DNA from: Priapulus caudatus | Taxonomy: Eukaryota | Assembly: GCF_000485595.1 (NCBI RefSeq) | Contig: NW_014577070.1 | Span: 792,526-856,525, forward strand | Length of the DNA: 64,000 nucleotides | Direction of reading: 5' to 3' | Shown: piece after piece, positions 1 to 12,597 of the stretch | Layout of the letters: every line of letters starts with the position of its first letter | Numbering within the stretch: position 1 is the first letter of the stretch | Position numbers and translations under genes: made by a program | Notes under the pieces: generated by a model | The model's input: the letters and a program-made list of their open reading frames with translations, nothing else | Databases searched by the model: none | What the model was told of the DNA's origin: nothing

Positions 1-570
1 TGCAGTTGTTACTCTTATGGGAGAGATTTGAACTTTCTATTTTGGAGCACGCCAGTCGACCTACTTTCGAGCGACGCCCACTTTTTGACAAAAATGAAAA
101 TGGCCATCTAAATTAATTCGATTTTGTTAAATTTCAGTATGTGAATGGGTAAGGCTAGCCCCAAAACAGTTGTTACTCCTATGGGATAGATGACAACGTC
201 CTATTACGTTTATTTCGTCTAACTGGTTAACAATTCTACAATCATAGCTATATACGTGTAATATTGTGTTTTAGATTCTTCTTTACAGTAATTTGACTGG
301 AATATTTTATTGTTTTTATTTGCGCGATATTCGAAAACCAAAATGGCGATCATTTAGGCGTAGCGCCATCTCTCGTCAAGATTTCAGACTTTCAGATCTG
401 AAACATTAATTTTCACATCAAAACTTATGCATAGGGCCTATATCATTATCAAGAGTATATAATGGGAGATATGCTATATAATGGGAGTTCTCCCATATAT
501 ACCCTTGCTTTATATATCCCCCTCCCTCTTCTATCACACCCAAGGGGAGCTACAGTGTCATTGACACTTT
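1..570 (+). mobile_element. 3' part of a HINE/Helentron-like non-autonomous element
   Basis: 1-100 resembles 51010-51100 of the other element; ends with GAGCT, the hairpin AGTGTCA-T-TGACACT and a T-run. Confidence 0.5.
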
Positions 571-672
571 TATTTACAGCTTAGTATTGTTGAATGTAAG
601 ATAGCACTCTAGTTCAAAATAATCTGTGCATCTCGTACCACAACTATATCCCTCGTGCTCGCTGTCATGCAG

Positions 673-785
673 TGCTGTCCTATGTCCCCGACACGGAGGA
701 GGCATCAATGTCTATGTCGCTGCAACCACAAATGTCTAAAGACGAGGAGGGAACCTTCGCTGAGCTGTCCGAGATCGATGAGAAG
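673..785 (+). CDS. Titin-like exon, acidic linker (LSYVPDTEE...EIDEK)
   Basis: cag acceptor, AAG|gttggt donor; phase 1->0 matches the phase-0 start of the next exon. Confidence 0.7.
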
Positions 786-1157
786 GTTGGTTTGGAGATG
801 TAGAATATCTTTGAATGATTATTACATGACCCCGTTATTACACCATACAATGTAATGATGTGAGGCTTAGTATCAAGGTTGTCGTCAATCGCAGCTATTT
901 GGAAATTAGCACAGTTGACACACAATTAAACTGCTTGGCAGTCATGAAACTGGTTGTTTTGTAAGCGGTTTACCTATTTGCCCATATTGATTGACAGGTA
1001 GTTCTTCCCAATCGCGTTTGTGATAGGTTCATTTTAAAAGTATTGCTTAGTTATGAAATGCTTCACGTAATGTGTCCGTAATTTGGCATGCACACGTGAA
1101 AAACATTATAAACTGATCCAGCGTGGCTTGACGTAGTAACAATATTCAAGGGGTACG

Positions 1158-1540
1158 ATTATCTTGCTCAGATTAATTGCTGATTATCGATCAGCTCTCA
1201 CTGCTTTATCTCGCTCGGATGAATTGCTCGATTATCGATCTGGGTTCACTGCTTTACCTCGATCAGACACATTGATTGATTATCGATTTTGGTTCACTGA
1301 TTCATCTGGCTCGGATGAATTGCTTGATTATTGAATGACGTTCACTGATTTATCTCGCTAAGACAAATCGATCGATTATTGATCGGCGTTCACTGATTTA
1401 TCTCGCTCAGACAAATCGATCGATTATCGATCGGCGTTCACTGATTTATCTTGCTCCGACAAATCAATCGATTTTCGATCGACGTTCACTGATTTATCTC
1501 GCTTGAACAAGCTGATCGGTTATCGATCAGCGTTCACTAA
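1158..1540. repeat. 48-bp tandem minisatellite, about 8 copies
   Basis: GTTCACTG recurs at 1244, 1292, 1340, 1388, 1436, 1484 and (variant) 1532. Confidence 0.9.
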
Positions 1541-1578
1541 TAGCCTTCACTTAAGCACATAAACATTACTTAACGCAG

Positions 1579-1936
1579 GAGGAGATGCAAGGAGTTCCCG
1601 AGATAGTCGACGAGGTCGTAGAAGACTTTCCGCTAGACGAGGAACCCACAAAGACGACAGCGCCGGTGTTTGTCAGCGAGCTGCAGCCGGTCGAAGTGAC
1701 CGAGGGCGAGCCGGTAGCATTCGAGTGTCGCGTCGAGGGAGAGCCAACGCCGACCGTCGTCTGGTACGTGCGCGGCAAGGAGATCAAGCCGTCGAAGGAC
1801 TTTGCGCCGACGTTCGAGGACGGCATTGCGCGGCTGACGATCACGCGCGCATACCTCGACGACGAGGGAGAGTACACGTGCATCGCGCTGAATGCCGTCG
1901 GACAGCACATGAGCACCGCGTACCTGACCGTGAAGC
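1579..1936 (+). CDS. Titin-like exon, linker plus I-set Ig domain 1
   Basis: APVFVSEL..FECRVEGEPTPTVVW..DDEGEYTCIALNAVG; cag acceptor, gtaagt donor. Confidence 0.92.
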
Positions 1937-2425
1937 GTAAGTGTCGTAAGCGCCGCCGCGTGGACACCGCACATTCTCTGGCGGTGATCCCCTCGCTTAC
2001 TTTCCACACAATTTTCGTAGATAGAGGTTTTCTTAGATGACATTGGTGTTACGCGTAGTTATCGATTGAATTCATCTATGGTTTTGGAGTGAAGTTAGAC
2101 TTTGCTAGCGATTAGAATCACTAGATGTAGCATTTATAAAGGAGTGGTTTGCTACTAATAGACTAGTGTTTGAAACAAACGGGTGACTTTGCTGTGCTAT
2201 AACTCGGATGATGCTATGCATTTAACTAGCTCCATAAAAAGTTATATACGTATATATATATATATGTTTTTCTTTGTTTATATCCCCCTAGAGTTTTTCT
2301 CGAAAACATACTACTCATTATGCAGCAATCATGTATTCCCAGTTCCAGTTGTGTTGTTGATGTTTGTAATTGTTATTTGTGTGTGCTTTGATTCATTCCT
2401 GATTCATTTTTCATCTGCTATTTAG

Positions 2426-5080
2426 CTAAATCACCCATGAAAGAATCATCGAGTGTAGCATTTGTAATGCAAGAGAAGAATAATCAAGAATATAACTTTG
2501 CAGAGCCAACAAAATCAGATGTATTGAGACAAAGTGAAGCAGTGGGCATGGAAACAGATAACGCAGAAAATGTGTTATTGGACCAACCATCACAGTTACC
2601 CATGCCTACGATGGTGAGAATTCCTGAGTCAGTAACAGCAGAAGAAGAAACGGATTCACTCCAAGACAACATCAGTGAGGTCAGGTTGGATTTACGCGCA
2701 CCTGATGAGTGTCTTAAACATCCAACACATGTTGACGAGGTGCAGCGTAGACCAGCGCACGCTGACGCATCTCAGATCCAAGAGCCTGTCGTGCTTGATG
2801 AAGAACAAGTAATTGCTGACGAGGAGATGTCATTAAAACCAGGTCTATCACTTGAGGATATTGAAAGCGAGTGGCCTGACCAACTCACTAGCATATTACC
2901 TCAAGAGAAAGCATTTGAAAGCTACATATTGTTACCAATCGCAGAGACTAGTGAGAGCGATTTTTCAGTGTCAAATCCAACAACGGAACCCGAAGATTTT
3001 GTAATTGTCGACCTGACCGAATTACAGTTGTCAAACCAGACAGAGGATGTCTTAGAACTTGATAGCTCGATATCAGCCGTTACGTTAGAACTTGAATCGG
3101 ACCAGTCGAAACTTGAAAGTTCAAGCATTATCGGAGCAGAGCTGCTCCCAGTGGTTGAACAATCTATTTTTGGACATACTGTATCGGTTTCACCAGAAGT
3201 TGTTTCTTCAGAAGATTCTGAAACAACATTGAAGATAAAACTAGAAACGCCAGCAGACTTAGTCGATGAACAACATAGTGTTACTGAAAAGCTTGTGCTT
3301 AAGCCAGTGTCAGTAGTTACGCCAGAAGGTACAACCACTGCAGAAGTGGAAATTACTTCAGACTTACCACTGCCACGGGATATACCTGAGGATGGTGAAA
3401 CGCTATCAGGTCAGCAAGAGGTCGCGTATGAAGTAGGTGCTTATGGACAAACAGTTTCTGATGTTGCCGAAATTGTCGCAGATAAGGCGCTTGTCCCTGA
3501 TGAGTCAAGTGAAGGCAATGTAGAAATGATCATTGACACATCGGTAACGGAAGATGCGAGAGGAGAACCATTAAATGTAATCGAACTTGGTGTCTTTCAT
3601 CAAACTCCATCTCTCGTACCTGTAATAGAACCAACTGAAGAATCTGAATTGACTGTGGCATATAATGGGGTGGGACATATAGAGAGCCAAGACAGGCCAA
3701 TGAGTGAAAGGGCTGATGAAAAGATCCAACCGCTAGTTCACGAAGAAGCAGCTTCTGATTCAATACCAACATCTGCACCTGAAACAGTCGTGATTGATGA
3801 AACAACAGCAGAGATTCCAGAAGGGTTCCTACTTGAGGAAAACGTGGCTCATGAAGCAAAGGAAAATGTGTTATTTTCTCAAGCAGATAGAGTGCCAACT
3901 GTTACTGAGGCCCCTGAGTATGTGACCGAGCAGAAAATGGAATTTACGTTTAATTTAGAGCATGAAGCGATTCAGCCCAATATGTTACAGCCCACTCAGG
4001 AGTACGATGTTCGCTCAGAAAATATTGCAGAGGACCTGGTTCCTACTGAAACCACTGAGACAGTGATCTGTGACGTGACGGAGTTCGCAGAGGACTTCAC
4101 CCGACCTCGACATGACCAAAGACCGACGATTACTGTCCTCGATGACACCAGCGAAGGTTTCTCACTCACGTTGCCCATTACTGAGGCTCCTGAGATGGTG
4201 GCAGAGGGCGAGATGGAAGCAGTTAGCAAGCTTAGTGTGCTTGACGCTGTAGAGGAGAGAGTGCTACCAACCGATCAGCAAGTAGCCGAACTAACGGCAG
4301 ATGAAAGCCGTGTTGTTGTAGAAACGTCAGAAGTAATAGGGAAACCTGACGAGGTATCTGACATCAATGTTTTCAACGCTGAGAATGTTGAAAGCGCGGA
4401 CAATGTTAAAGCTGATGCAGAAGAAGAGGAATTTGTCATTGTTGATGTAGACTCAGAGATGATTGACTTGGCTCCTGGCAATGCCCCCAGTACGGACGAT
4501 AATAGGAAAATAGGTGATGATGACGATGAAGAAGAAGTTAGTGAAGAAGAAGGGGAGGATTATGTAATAATACAACCACCCATGTCCTCTAAAGATGAGA
4601 AATTAAAAATGGAGGTTTCTGTTGATGATGGAGTAGTAATATATCATGATGTGGATGCTCAAACCAAAGTGCCAAGAAGTGAAAGTGAAGAAAAAAGTTC
4701 AGAGTTCTCTGATGTTCATATCAGTGTTTCAGACGATGATGTAGCAATCTTAGAGCTCCTGCCAGAAGACATTGCAGCTACAATGGCAGGCGACAAGGAA
4801 ATTTACCTAGAAATTGTTAATGGACTTGAATCACTAGTAGTTTTCGACGACGAACCTGCGGTATTTCAGTGCGAAATTTTCGGCCACCCACTGCCGAACG
4901 TCTTCTGGTCCGTTGACGGGATCACATTGACAAACTCTCAGGATTTCCAAATGTCGTTCCGCAATAACATTGCAAGACTGGTGATCTTAAAAGTCTACGC
5001 TGACGACGAGGGAGAGTACACATGCATGGCAGTGAATGAAGCTGGTGTTGCTGAAACCACTGCTAGTCTTATAGTAGAAG
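2426..5080 (+). CDS. Large 2655-nt exon: acidic disordered segment plus I-set Ig domain 2
   Basis: 915-aa ORF; tttag acceptor, GAAG|gtatag donor; symmetric phase 1. Confidence 0.85.
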
Positions 5081-5365
5081 GTATAGACGAATTCGCATCA
5101 CGTGAAAATGCGTATAGGTGTCTAACCTGTGGCAGCATGGTGCACAGCAATGCACTGGGTCACTGTGTGTCAGCTCTGTTGTAACAGTGCATAGGCCTAA
5201 TGCTTGCAACTTTCAAATCACAGAGGGGTTATATGCTGATAATTATTTCACTCTGTCTTTTCACTGTGTTGTAAATGTGTATTATATAACATGTGACTTT
5301 CTGGTTTGAAACCTATGCAGCAGGTAAAAAAGTTTGTTACTCTAAGCAGTAAATGTATGCCAACT

Positions 5366-5445
5366 TATATGTATGTATATATGTATGCATATATGTATAT
5401 ATGTATGTATGTATGTATGTAATTGTATGTATGTATATATATATG

Positions 5446-5480
<35 letters not shown>

Positions 5481-5492
5481 ATATATATATAT
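5366..5492. repeat. (TATG)n/(TA)n microsatellite
   Basis: Direct inspection. Confidence 0.9.
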
Positions 5493-7022
5493 AACACTTA
5501 ATCCAACCATAGGTGGACAGTATCGAAAACTAGTGTCATACGTAGACATTTTCCATACGCTAATATATCAACAGTGCTGCACAGTAACACAAATGCAATT
5601 TCTGGAAATAGTACATCTATATTAGTGCTTTTAGGGGGTATAGACAGATATTTGTTAAAACTATTCAAAGATAGATATACACATATATGTCTACTTAAGG
5701 CTGTCTACCTAAGGCACTTAAGGCTACTGACTGTCTTTACTGATTTTACATGCGGATGATTTTACATACGGACGTATATATGACACTTAAAAAAAATGTG
5801 TTCTTAACAACACATTTAAGCTTTGTCATATTTAAAAATGTTACAAGTCAATAGAGTGAGGACACCTCTACTAGATAAACACGACATAATTATAAATTTC
5901 ATGAAGAAAACGAAGTTATAGCATGCTAAACATTATAGGTAGACAGCAAATATGTCTGCCTAACGAATCTGACTACATAACGGCTTGTTTTTACACCCGG
6001 TCTATGTCTACATATGGTAGGATTAAAATATATATATATATAAATAAATATATATATATATATATACATTTGGTAGCATTTAGCAGCTTATGATTTGCTG
6101 CATAGGCAGTTTAATATCAGAAATGCATCCATGAATCTGCCTATTTATACGTATCAAAGTCTATACATATATGTTTCTCATTTTCTATATTTATTCTTAT
6201 TTTAATGTTGCGGTGTACGTGACGATGAGTGTGTTTTACGACACGAGTTTCACGTAGGATACTAATCTATGTGGGTTATTCTATTTGTGACTCATGCAGG
6301 ATCTTGTAGTTTGTCCATACTTGACACATCAACATTTGCGTCATTTATTTTCATACAATTACCTATTCTATTTATCAGTATTGTCCCATTGGCATATGTT
6401 TGTAGTGTTGTGTTTATGTGTATCTTTGTATCTATGTGTGTCATTTCACAGCACTTCCATACCATCTTTTGTGTATCATTCTATGTAAAACACTATTATA
6501 CAGTGTATTTACATAAATACATCCGTGTAACTAGCATCTATGTATATTTCTTTATTACTATTCTATCTTGCCATGAAATTAGCATGTGAAATGGGAGGAA
6601 CTAGAGTTTATTTTGTCATAAGGTAGTATGATTATGCATGACACGAAGTATTTGCTAGTTTAGTACTGGAGAAATTAGCGTTTGGATGCGCATATTGCGG
6701 CTTTAACCATAGCTGTTACTGTTTTAGAACTGTGCCTTGTTGATTATTTGTAATCATGTTTATTTAACCATTCCATTAATATATTGTAACCAGCTTGCCT
6801 TTAATTATATGAATTAATAGTGTGAACAGAGAGTCTAAGAATGAAATTAGCTATAAATTATTTTCAAGACTGCTGTCCTGTCCAAATGTAAACTATAATT
6901 TTAATTTAAAACTAAGAACGTGTATACTGTTCTTATTTTTATTGAGATAACATTCATATTGAGATAACATTCATATTGAGATAACATTCGTAATACCAGC
7001 ATCTCTTGATTTTTTGATACAG

Positions 7023-7061
7023 CTCTTGAGGAGAAACCAGTGGAGGCACCTGAAGAGCCAG
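7023..7061 (+). CDS. 39-nt PEVK-like mini-exon (LEEKPVEAPEEP)
   Basis: cag acceptor, CAG|gtatta donor, phase 1-1. Confidence 0.75.
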
Positions 7062-7431
7062 GTATTATTTGATCATATATTTTGCTGTGCATTAGAATTA
7101 TTATACTATTAAAGTATTAATATTAATTATTAATTGTGATTGTAATGATGTTTAATAATAAGATGTACATATGTTTCATTATGATAGTGCCAGTCTAATG
7201 TGTGAAAACAGTACTCTCAAGTAGATACCTGCAAACAGAAAATAATTCATTCCTGTCTGGAAATCTAGTTTTACCAAATCTGTAAAACCACGTTATTTTA
7301 TCATTTTCTAAACTTTCATTAGGGTATATTTGCAATAATGAGATGATAATTATGAAAGAAGCAGATTTTTTTGTTTGGAGTGGCATCAAGCGTATGTATT
7401 TACAGACAATGTGTCATTATCTGTAATACAG

Positions 7432-7578
7432 AGCCAGAGCTCGAAGTTGTTCAACTAGCTGCCGAACCTGTAGAGGAGGCACCAGAAGAAGAACATGTCA
7501 CCTCCGTCTCGCTGGGTCTCACCAAACCAGAGGAGCCTCAGCCAGAAAAGAAGAAGAAGAAGAAGAAACCAAAAGAAG
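7432..7578 (+). CDS. PEVK-like exon with poly-Lys tract
   Basis: PELEVVQ...EKKKKKKKPKE; cag/gtgtgt sites; 147 nt. Confidence 0.85.
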
Positions 7579-7764
7579 GTGTGTGTGAAACGAGTAAATT
7601 CCTCTTGTTAGCAATGCACCATGTTTTCTACTTTATATTTTATTATATTCTATATTTCTTTTATTATAAATACCCGACAAAGGTCTTCTCACTGTGAAAT
7701 AATTGGCAGACACTAGCATCACAGTCATTAGCATTTACTCGCCTTCATTGTTGGGTACAATATC

Positions 7765-8135
7765 AATAACTTAATATGTTTATAATTAATTATAATAACT
7801 GTTATACATTTATAATTAATAATAATAATAATTGTAATATGTTTATAATTAATTATAATAACTGATACATTTATAATAATTATAATAACTGTAATACGTT
7901 TACAATTAATTATAATAACTAATACGTTTATAATTAATTATAATAATTGTAATACGTTTATATATATAATTATAATAGTTGTAATACATTTATATTTAAT
8001 CATAATAACTGTAATACATTTATATTTAACTATAATAAGTGTAATACGTTTATATTAAACTATAATAACTCTAATTCGTTTATGATTATTTATAATAACC
8101 ATAATACGGTTATAATAAACTATAATAATCGTATC
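7765..8135. repeat. AT-rich tandem repeat of about 30 bp
   Basis: Unit resembling TATAATAACTGTAATACGTTTATAATTAAT, roughly a dozen copies. Confidence 0.85.
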
Positions 8136-8144
8136 ACGTTTCAG

Positions 8145-8732
8145 AAGCGCCGGTGGAGACGGTGACGGAAGCCGTGCTCGAGAGGAAGCCGGAAGAAGAG
8201 CCGGAAACGGAGGAGCTCATCGTTCAGATGCTGAAGCCCGAAGAGGCACCCGAACCAGAGGACGTCACGGAGGAAACGACGACCCTCCTGACCTTGCAGA
8301 AGCCCGAGGAACCCGAGGAGGTGACAGAGGTCGTGCAGGAGGCGCCGGAGGTCGTGCCGGCCGAGCCGACAGACGAGGAGGAAGAACATAAGGTGGCCGT
8401 CGTCGAGAAGGACGAGGTCGAGGTCACGGAGCAGGTCGTGCAGAAGGACATGGCGCCGGCGTTCATCCGCAAGCTGAAGAACATCGATGCACACGAGGGC
8501 GAAACCGTGACCTTCGAGTGCCTCGTCAAGGGCGTGCCTTCGCCGGAGGTCGTCTGGTATCAGGACGGCAGTGAGATTACTGACCAGGAGAGGTTCAGGC
8601 CGTCGCGGACGGACGACGGCGTCTGCACGCTGACCGTCGAGGGCGTGCACGTGGACGACGACGCGGAGTACTTGTGCAAGGCCATGAACCCGCTCGGCGA
8701 GGCCACCACGGTAGCCGAGCTGTTCGTCGAAA
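8145..8732 (+). CDS. PEVK-like segment plus I-set Ig domain 3
   Basis: APAFIRKL..FECLVKGVPSPEVVW..DDDAEYLCKAMNPLG; ttcag acceptor, gtaagt donor. Confidence 0.92.
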
Positions 8733-9285
8733 GTAAGTATGAGTTCCACCGTGTTTCGTTTTTCAGGAAGACCCCATTGCCGGTCCGTTCACGACGTATT
8801 TGTGCGTTTATTGCTGGCGTATGCAAGCTACTGTGCTAACACTAACGTATGTGACTATTTCCGCCTGCGCTTGGTACGTAGTACCGTACTGTACTCTTAC
8901 GTTCATACTTGGTCTGTTACTTTCAAAATCCGTTTAATGAAGGTCCATTATACCGAGGGTTCGCTGTGTATATGTATGTGTGTGCGTGTGTGTGTGAGTG
9001 TGTGCACGCCTGTGTTCTGTGTGTGTTATGCTGTCCTTGTGTTTGTCAACTACCTTTATGTTTTTTATATTGCAACGGGTAAGAAAATCATCTATCAATA
9101 TATATGCTACATTTTCCTGAAATTATTTCATCTTTTTATATTCAATTCTCTGCTTCAGTTTACATGTAATAGTTTTGGTGTTGTATCTTGAAGATAACAA
9201 AATGTATCATTAATTTATATTGTCTGCAGTAGGATTTTTCTTTCTCTCACCATCACTATTTTCTTTCTGTCACTTGTGCCACCAG

Positions 9286-9386
9286 AGTGCACTTCAGGCG
9301 CTGTTGAGAAAGTTGTACTAGAGGAACACCTTGACATTGAACTTGAACTTCTCATCAGTTGGCGAGAGAAACCAAAACCAAATTAA
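9286..9386 (+). CDS. Candidate alternative terminal exon (CTSGAVEKVVLEEHLDIELELLISWREKPKPN*)
   Basis: Long pyrimidine tract plus cag; phase 1 in frame with the 8732 donor; TAA at 9384. Confidence 0.45.
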
Positions 9387-10316
9387 CGATTACTAACTTT
9401 GATGTCACTACCAAAGGATGCGTCCTTGCTCTTCCTCTATACATCTAAGCAACTTTATTGCACTAATTTTTAGTTGTACTGCTCGGTACTGCTGCCTTTT
9501 CAATTTTAATCGTTAGAAAATGTTTAGGATAGTCACAGTACTGTCTGTCGCCACAGGTAGTTATTAGTATTGTAGATGATTTACTACTCTTGCTTTTATA
9601 TTAATTTTCTGCATTTAGAATGTACAAACAGTACTTACATTACATTTTATTCTTATATTATTGTCAGAGATTTTGTCAGTAATGTTCAGATGCTTACCGT
9701 TTTTTTTTTACTTGTCTGATCTTCCCACCTTTTTAACTAACGCCCCTGTTTAGAATATTACTGCGCTATTATTAGTGTGGCTTGTTGTCATTATCTGTTA
9801 TTTGTTTACACAGCCTGTAAGTCGCTATTTTTCATGGTTTATTTCAAACTAGTGAATGAATTTACTTCTCAGTCTGATAGTATTTGGAGGTCATTTTAAA
9901 TATTTTATAAATCACGATATGAGGTTAAAGGTCATCTATTTCATTGTATACACAGGTGAGAACACAATAGTTATTTTAAGAAGTAACTCTAAACCTAGCC
10001 TTCGGGAAGATTCTGGCCTCTATTTATGCAACTTCCAAATTTTAGCAGTTGTGTACAAATGAGAGAAAATGACAAACCTAGGATATAATATCCTTATAGT
10101 AGGTCTTATGGTCTCTGGGCCTGCAGCATCTGAAGGAAATAGAAGATATCGGTTTTCAGCAACATTAGTTATTAGTTATTACACACTGCTGTTCATCTAT
10201 TGAACCACTCTAGCACAGCGAAAGACATTAGTGGGGGTGGGTACGAGTAATGTATGAAAACATGGTGGGAAATGCGATTTATCAGGGTTTTCACTAGGCT
10301 CATTCTATACCCATAG

Positions 10317-10621
10317 AGAGTGATATGGAGAGTCAACCTGAAAAACTCTCCTCTTCTGCTGAGGTTCTTGCGCAACTGCAGCTCATGGAACCTGTTCAAG
10401 ATAACCAGGGTGGTGACACCTCTGGCAGCAAGGACCTATCACTCCCCACTCTTTGGGGGGATCTCGATGAACTAGGAATAACTAAAGCAAAAGATTCCGA
10501 TTTAGTTTTAATTGCTGTCATCCTCAGCATTGCAATCATGAAGTTTTTACTATGGGTGCTAATGTACGGGTGTTCATTCATTGTGTTTTATTGGGATAAA
10601 ACATCAAGAGATTACCAGTGA
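10317..10621 (+). CDS. Candidate alternative terminal exon encoding a C-terminal hydrophobic membrane anchor
   Basis: ccatag acceptor in phase 1 with the 98-aa ORF; LVLIAVILSIAIMKFLLWVLMYGCSFIVFYW then 8 aa and stop. Confidence 0.5.
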
Positions 10622-12496
10622 GTTGCACTTATGCAGCCAGCATGGTCGATGGAACTTTGTGAGACAGCCATTTGTAATTTATTCCTGAAGCATTGCATAT
10701 TTTTGATAGAGTGGCATGTTGCTTTTATTTCATAGATTAACCGGTGTTAAGTTTAAACGTTATCTGTATTTTCTTGAGACGTTTTCAACATGAATTTTTT
10801 TTTTTCCCCGGTGTTAAATTCAGTGTGAAGAGCAGTATGGCATGTGATTGGTCGTGATGGACACTGGTATCGTACATGCACCACGTGCAATTAAACCCTC
10901 TAGATTGGTGAAGTTTTGCTTAATTAGATGTTCTACTGCAGTATATGGGGATCTGGTTGTGGACTGAAACATTAAAACTTTACCAATCTGGCCATTGCAG
11001 TGCAGTACCGTACCATTTCATCTCAGTCTTGCGCCTACACAACTGCATTTTTATGATATCCTGAGAGTTAAATGCGCACCAGTCTTAAATATGTTTGTGA
11101 AATGCCATTTTTTAATCGGTCTCGAGAAGGTATGGTAAGTGTCTTTGTTCGGTGTTTTACTTTCGGATTTAGCTGTATCAGGGATGTAACTGCAGGTGGG
11201 CAGATCAGTAAGGCTTGTTCGTTTATCGTATGCAGCCGTTGTAGTTGAACGAACCTGTGACTTTTGGCACTCCCTCGTGTCCTTAGAATGTGGTAGGTAG
11301 CGCCATTGAAGTCCCTGTTTATTCCTTTGTTGCACTGTAACGCAGTAAATACAAATTGCAAGTAACACGTTTTTCAATTCAGGTAGGGTCCTGATGGGGT
11401 ACTCCAAATCTTGGTTAATGGTAAACATTTGTACTCTTTTTTCAGTTGCTAATAAATGTTTCCATTTCTTACTAAAAATTGTTGATTAAATTACTAGTGT
11501 AAGCCAAAATAAGGGGCTTGTGATCCCGCATAAAATTAAGGCAAAATGAAACTCATGGTAAATTATTTGGTATATTCACTCTATTTATAAAATAATCACA
11601 TTTTTTCTAAAAGAGAAGCATGCATAAACCTAGGAAAAAATCATAACCTAGTCTAAACATGATTGTTTTTTGCCTTAACATGAAAATACCCAGTGGGTTC
11701 ATGCTTTACTCCATACCCCATCAGTGCCCTCTTCAAGTACTGCTACCAAATAACTTGTGCAATTAAATGCATAATATTTTAGTAAAATAATTAACATTAA
11801 AAGGGCATGGCGGATTGCCAATCATGGTCATAGTTAGGTAAGCTAGCCACACAGACATGGCAGTAATTTCCTGTAAATACCATTGCTTCTTAAATGTCAC
11901 AAATAAAGCTCTTAGTAAATTTCAGTGTATACTTGACTTTCTGTTAGCAGTTTTTCACAAATTCAGCGCACACACTCTCGCTGCAACATAAGTTAGGCAC
12001 GGTCGCCTCCGTTGTACACCTTCAATCGACCATTCCCTCCGCATTTGGTCTCGAATCAAACAATGATTCTTGATTGGTATTTACTTGTTATTGTTCATGC
12101 TCACCTGAGTTACAGCCTGAACAGGAGTAGAAAAGTCCATGCACAGCCAAAGTGGTATGCAATCTAATACAAGGTTTTAGTTGCTGTTTGATCAGCAATA
12201 TATTGTAAAATCTTGTAGTCCTGATGATTGTTAACCACTTTGAATGTTGACATGTTTATTTATTAATATAAAAGGTATGCCTGTTATGATGAATGCATGT
12301 TGTTTTATTATTTCTTTGATAACCATAGGAGTTCATTGTAGCACTGAAGTATAATTATTTTCCTTTACTGTTCACTGTTTAAAGTGTGTGATATTAATAT
12401 GTTTGACTTGTGATACTATAAAGTAAGTCGATTTTATGTTTGACGTGTACATTTACTTTCCTTGTTTGCTAACGGATTTCTTTCCATGTTTTTCAG

Positions 12497-12597
12497 AGGA
12501 GGGATATATTGCATGCATGCATGAAGAATCTCCCCATCTCCAAACTGAAGCCATAGGTTTCATTTCTTCTCTGCCAGCATTAATACTGTTCAAGTAA
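12497..12597 (+). CDS. Candidate cassette exon (to 12556) or terminal exon (to 12597)
   Basis: CTAAC branch point, pyrimidine tract and ttcag; phase-1 frame open to TAA. Confidence 0.3.

Noticed and set aside
1158..1540. Regularly spaced repeats resembling a CRISPR array
   Set aside because: Whole 48-bp units repeat with no unique spacers; eukaryotic intron, no cas genes
5337..6589. Hydrophobic Tyr/Ile-rich ORFs
   Set aside because: Products of TA/TATG microsatellite and AT-rich intron; no compatible splice sites noted
10502..10621. KASH domain or sarcolipin homology for the hydrophobic tail
   Set aside because: No PPPx terminus or luminal KASH peptide; resemblance to sarcolipin (VLIAVIL, RDYQ) is too short to support
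11581..11590. MEF2-like site CTATTTATAA suggesting an internal (Cronos-like) promoter
   Set aside because: Single degenerate AT-rich motif, expected by chance; no supporting first exon identified
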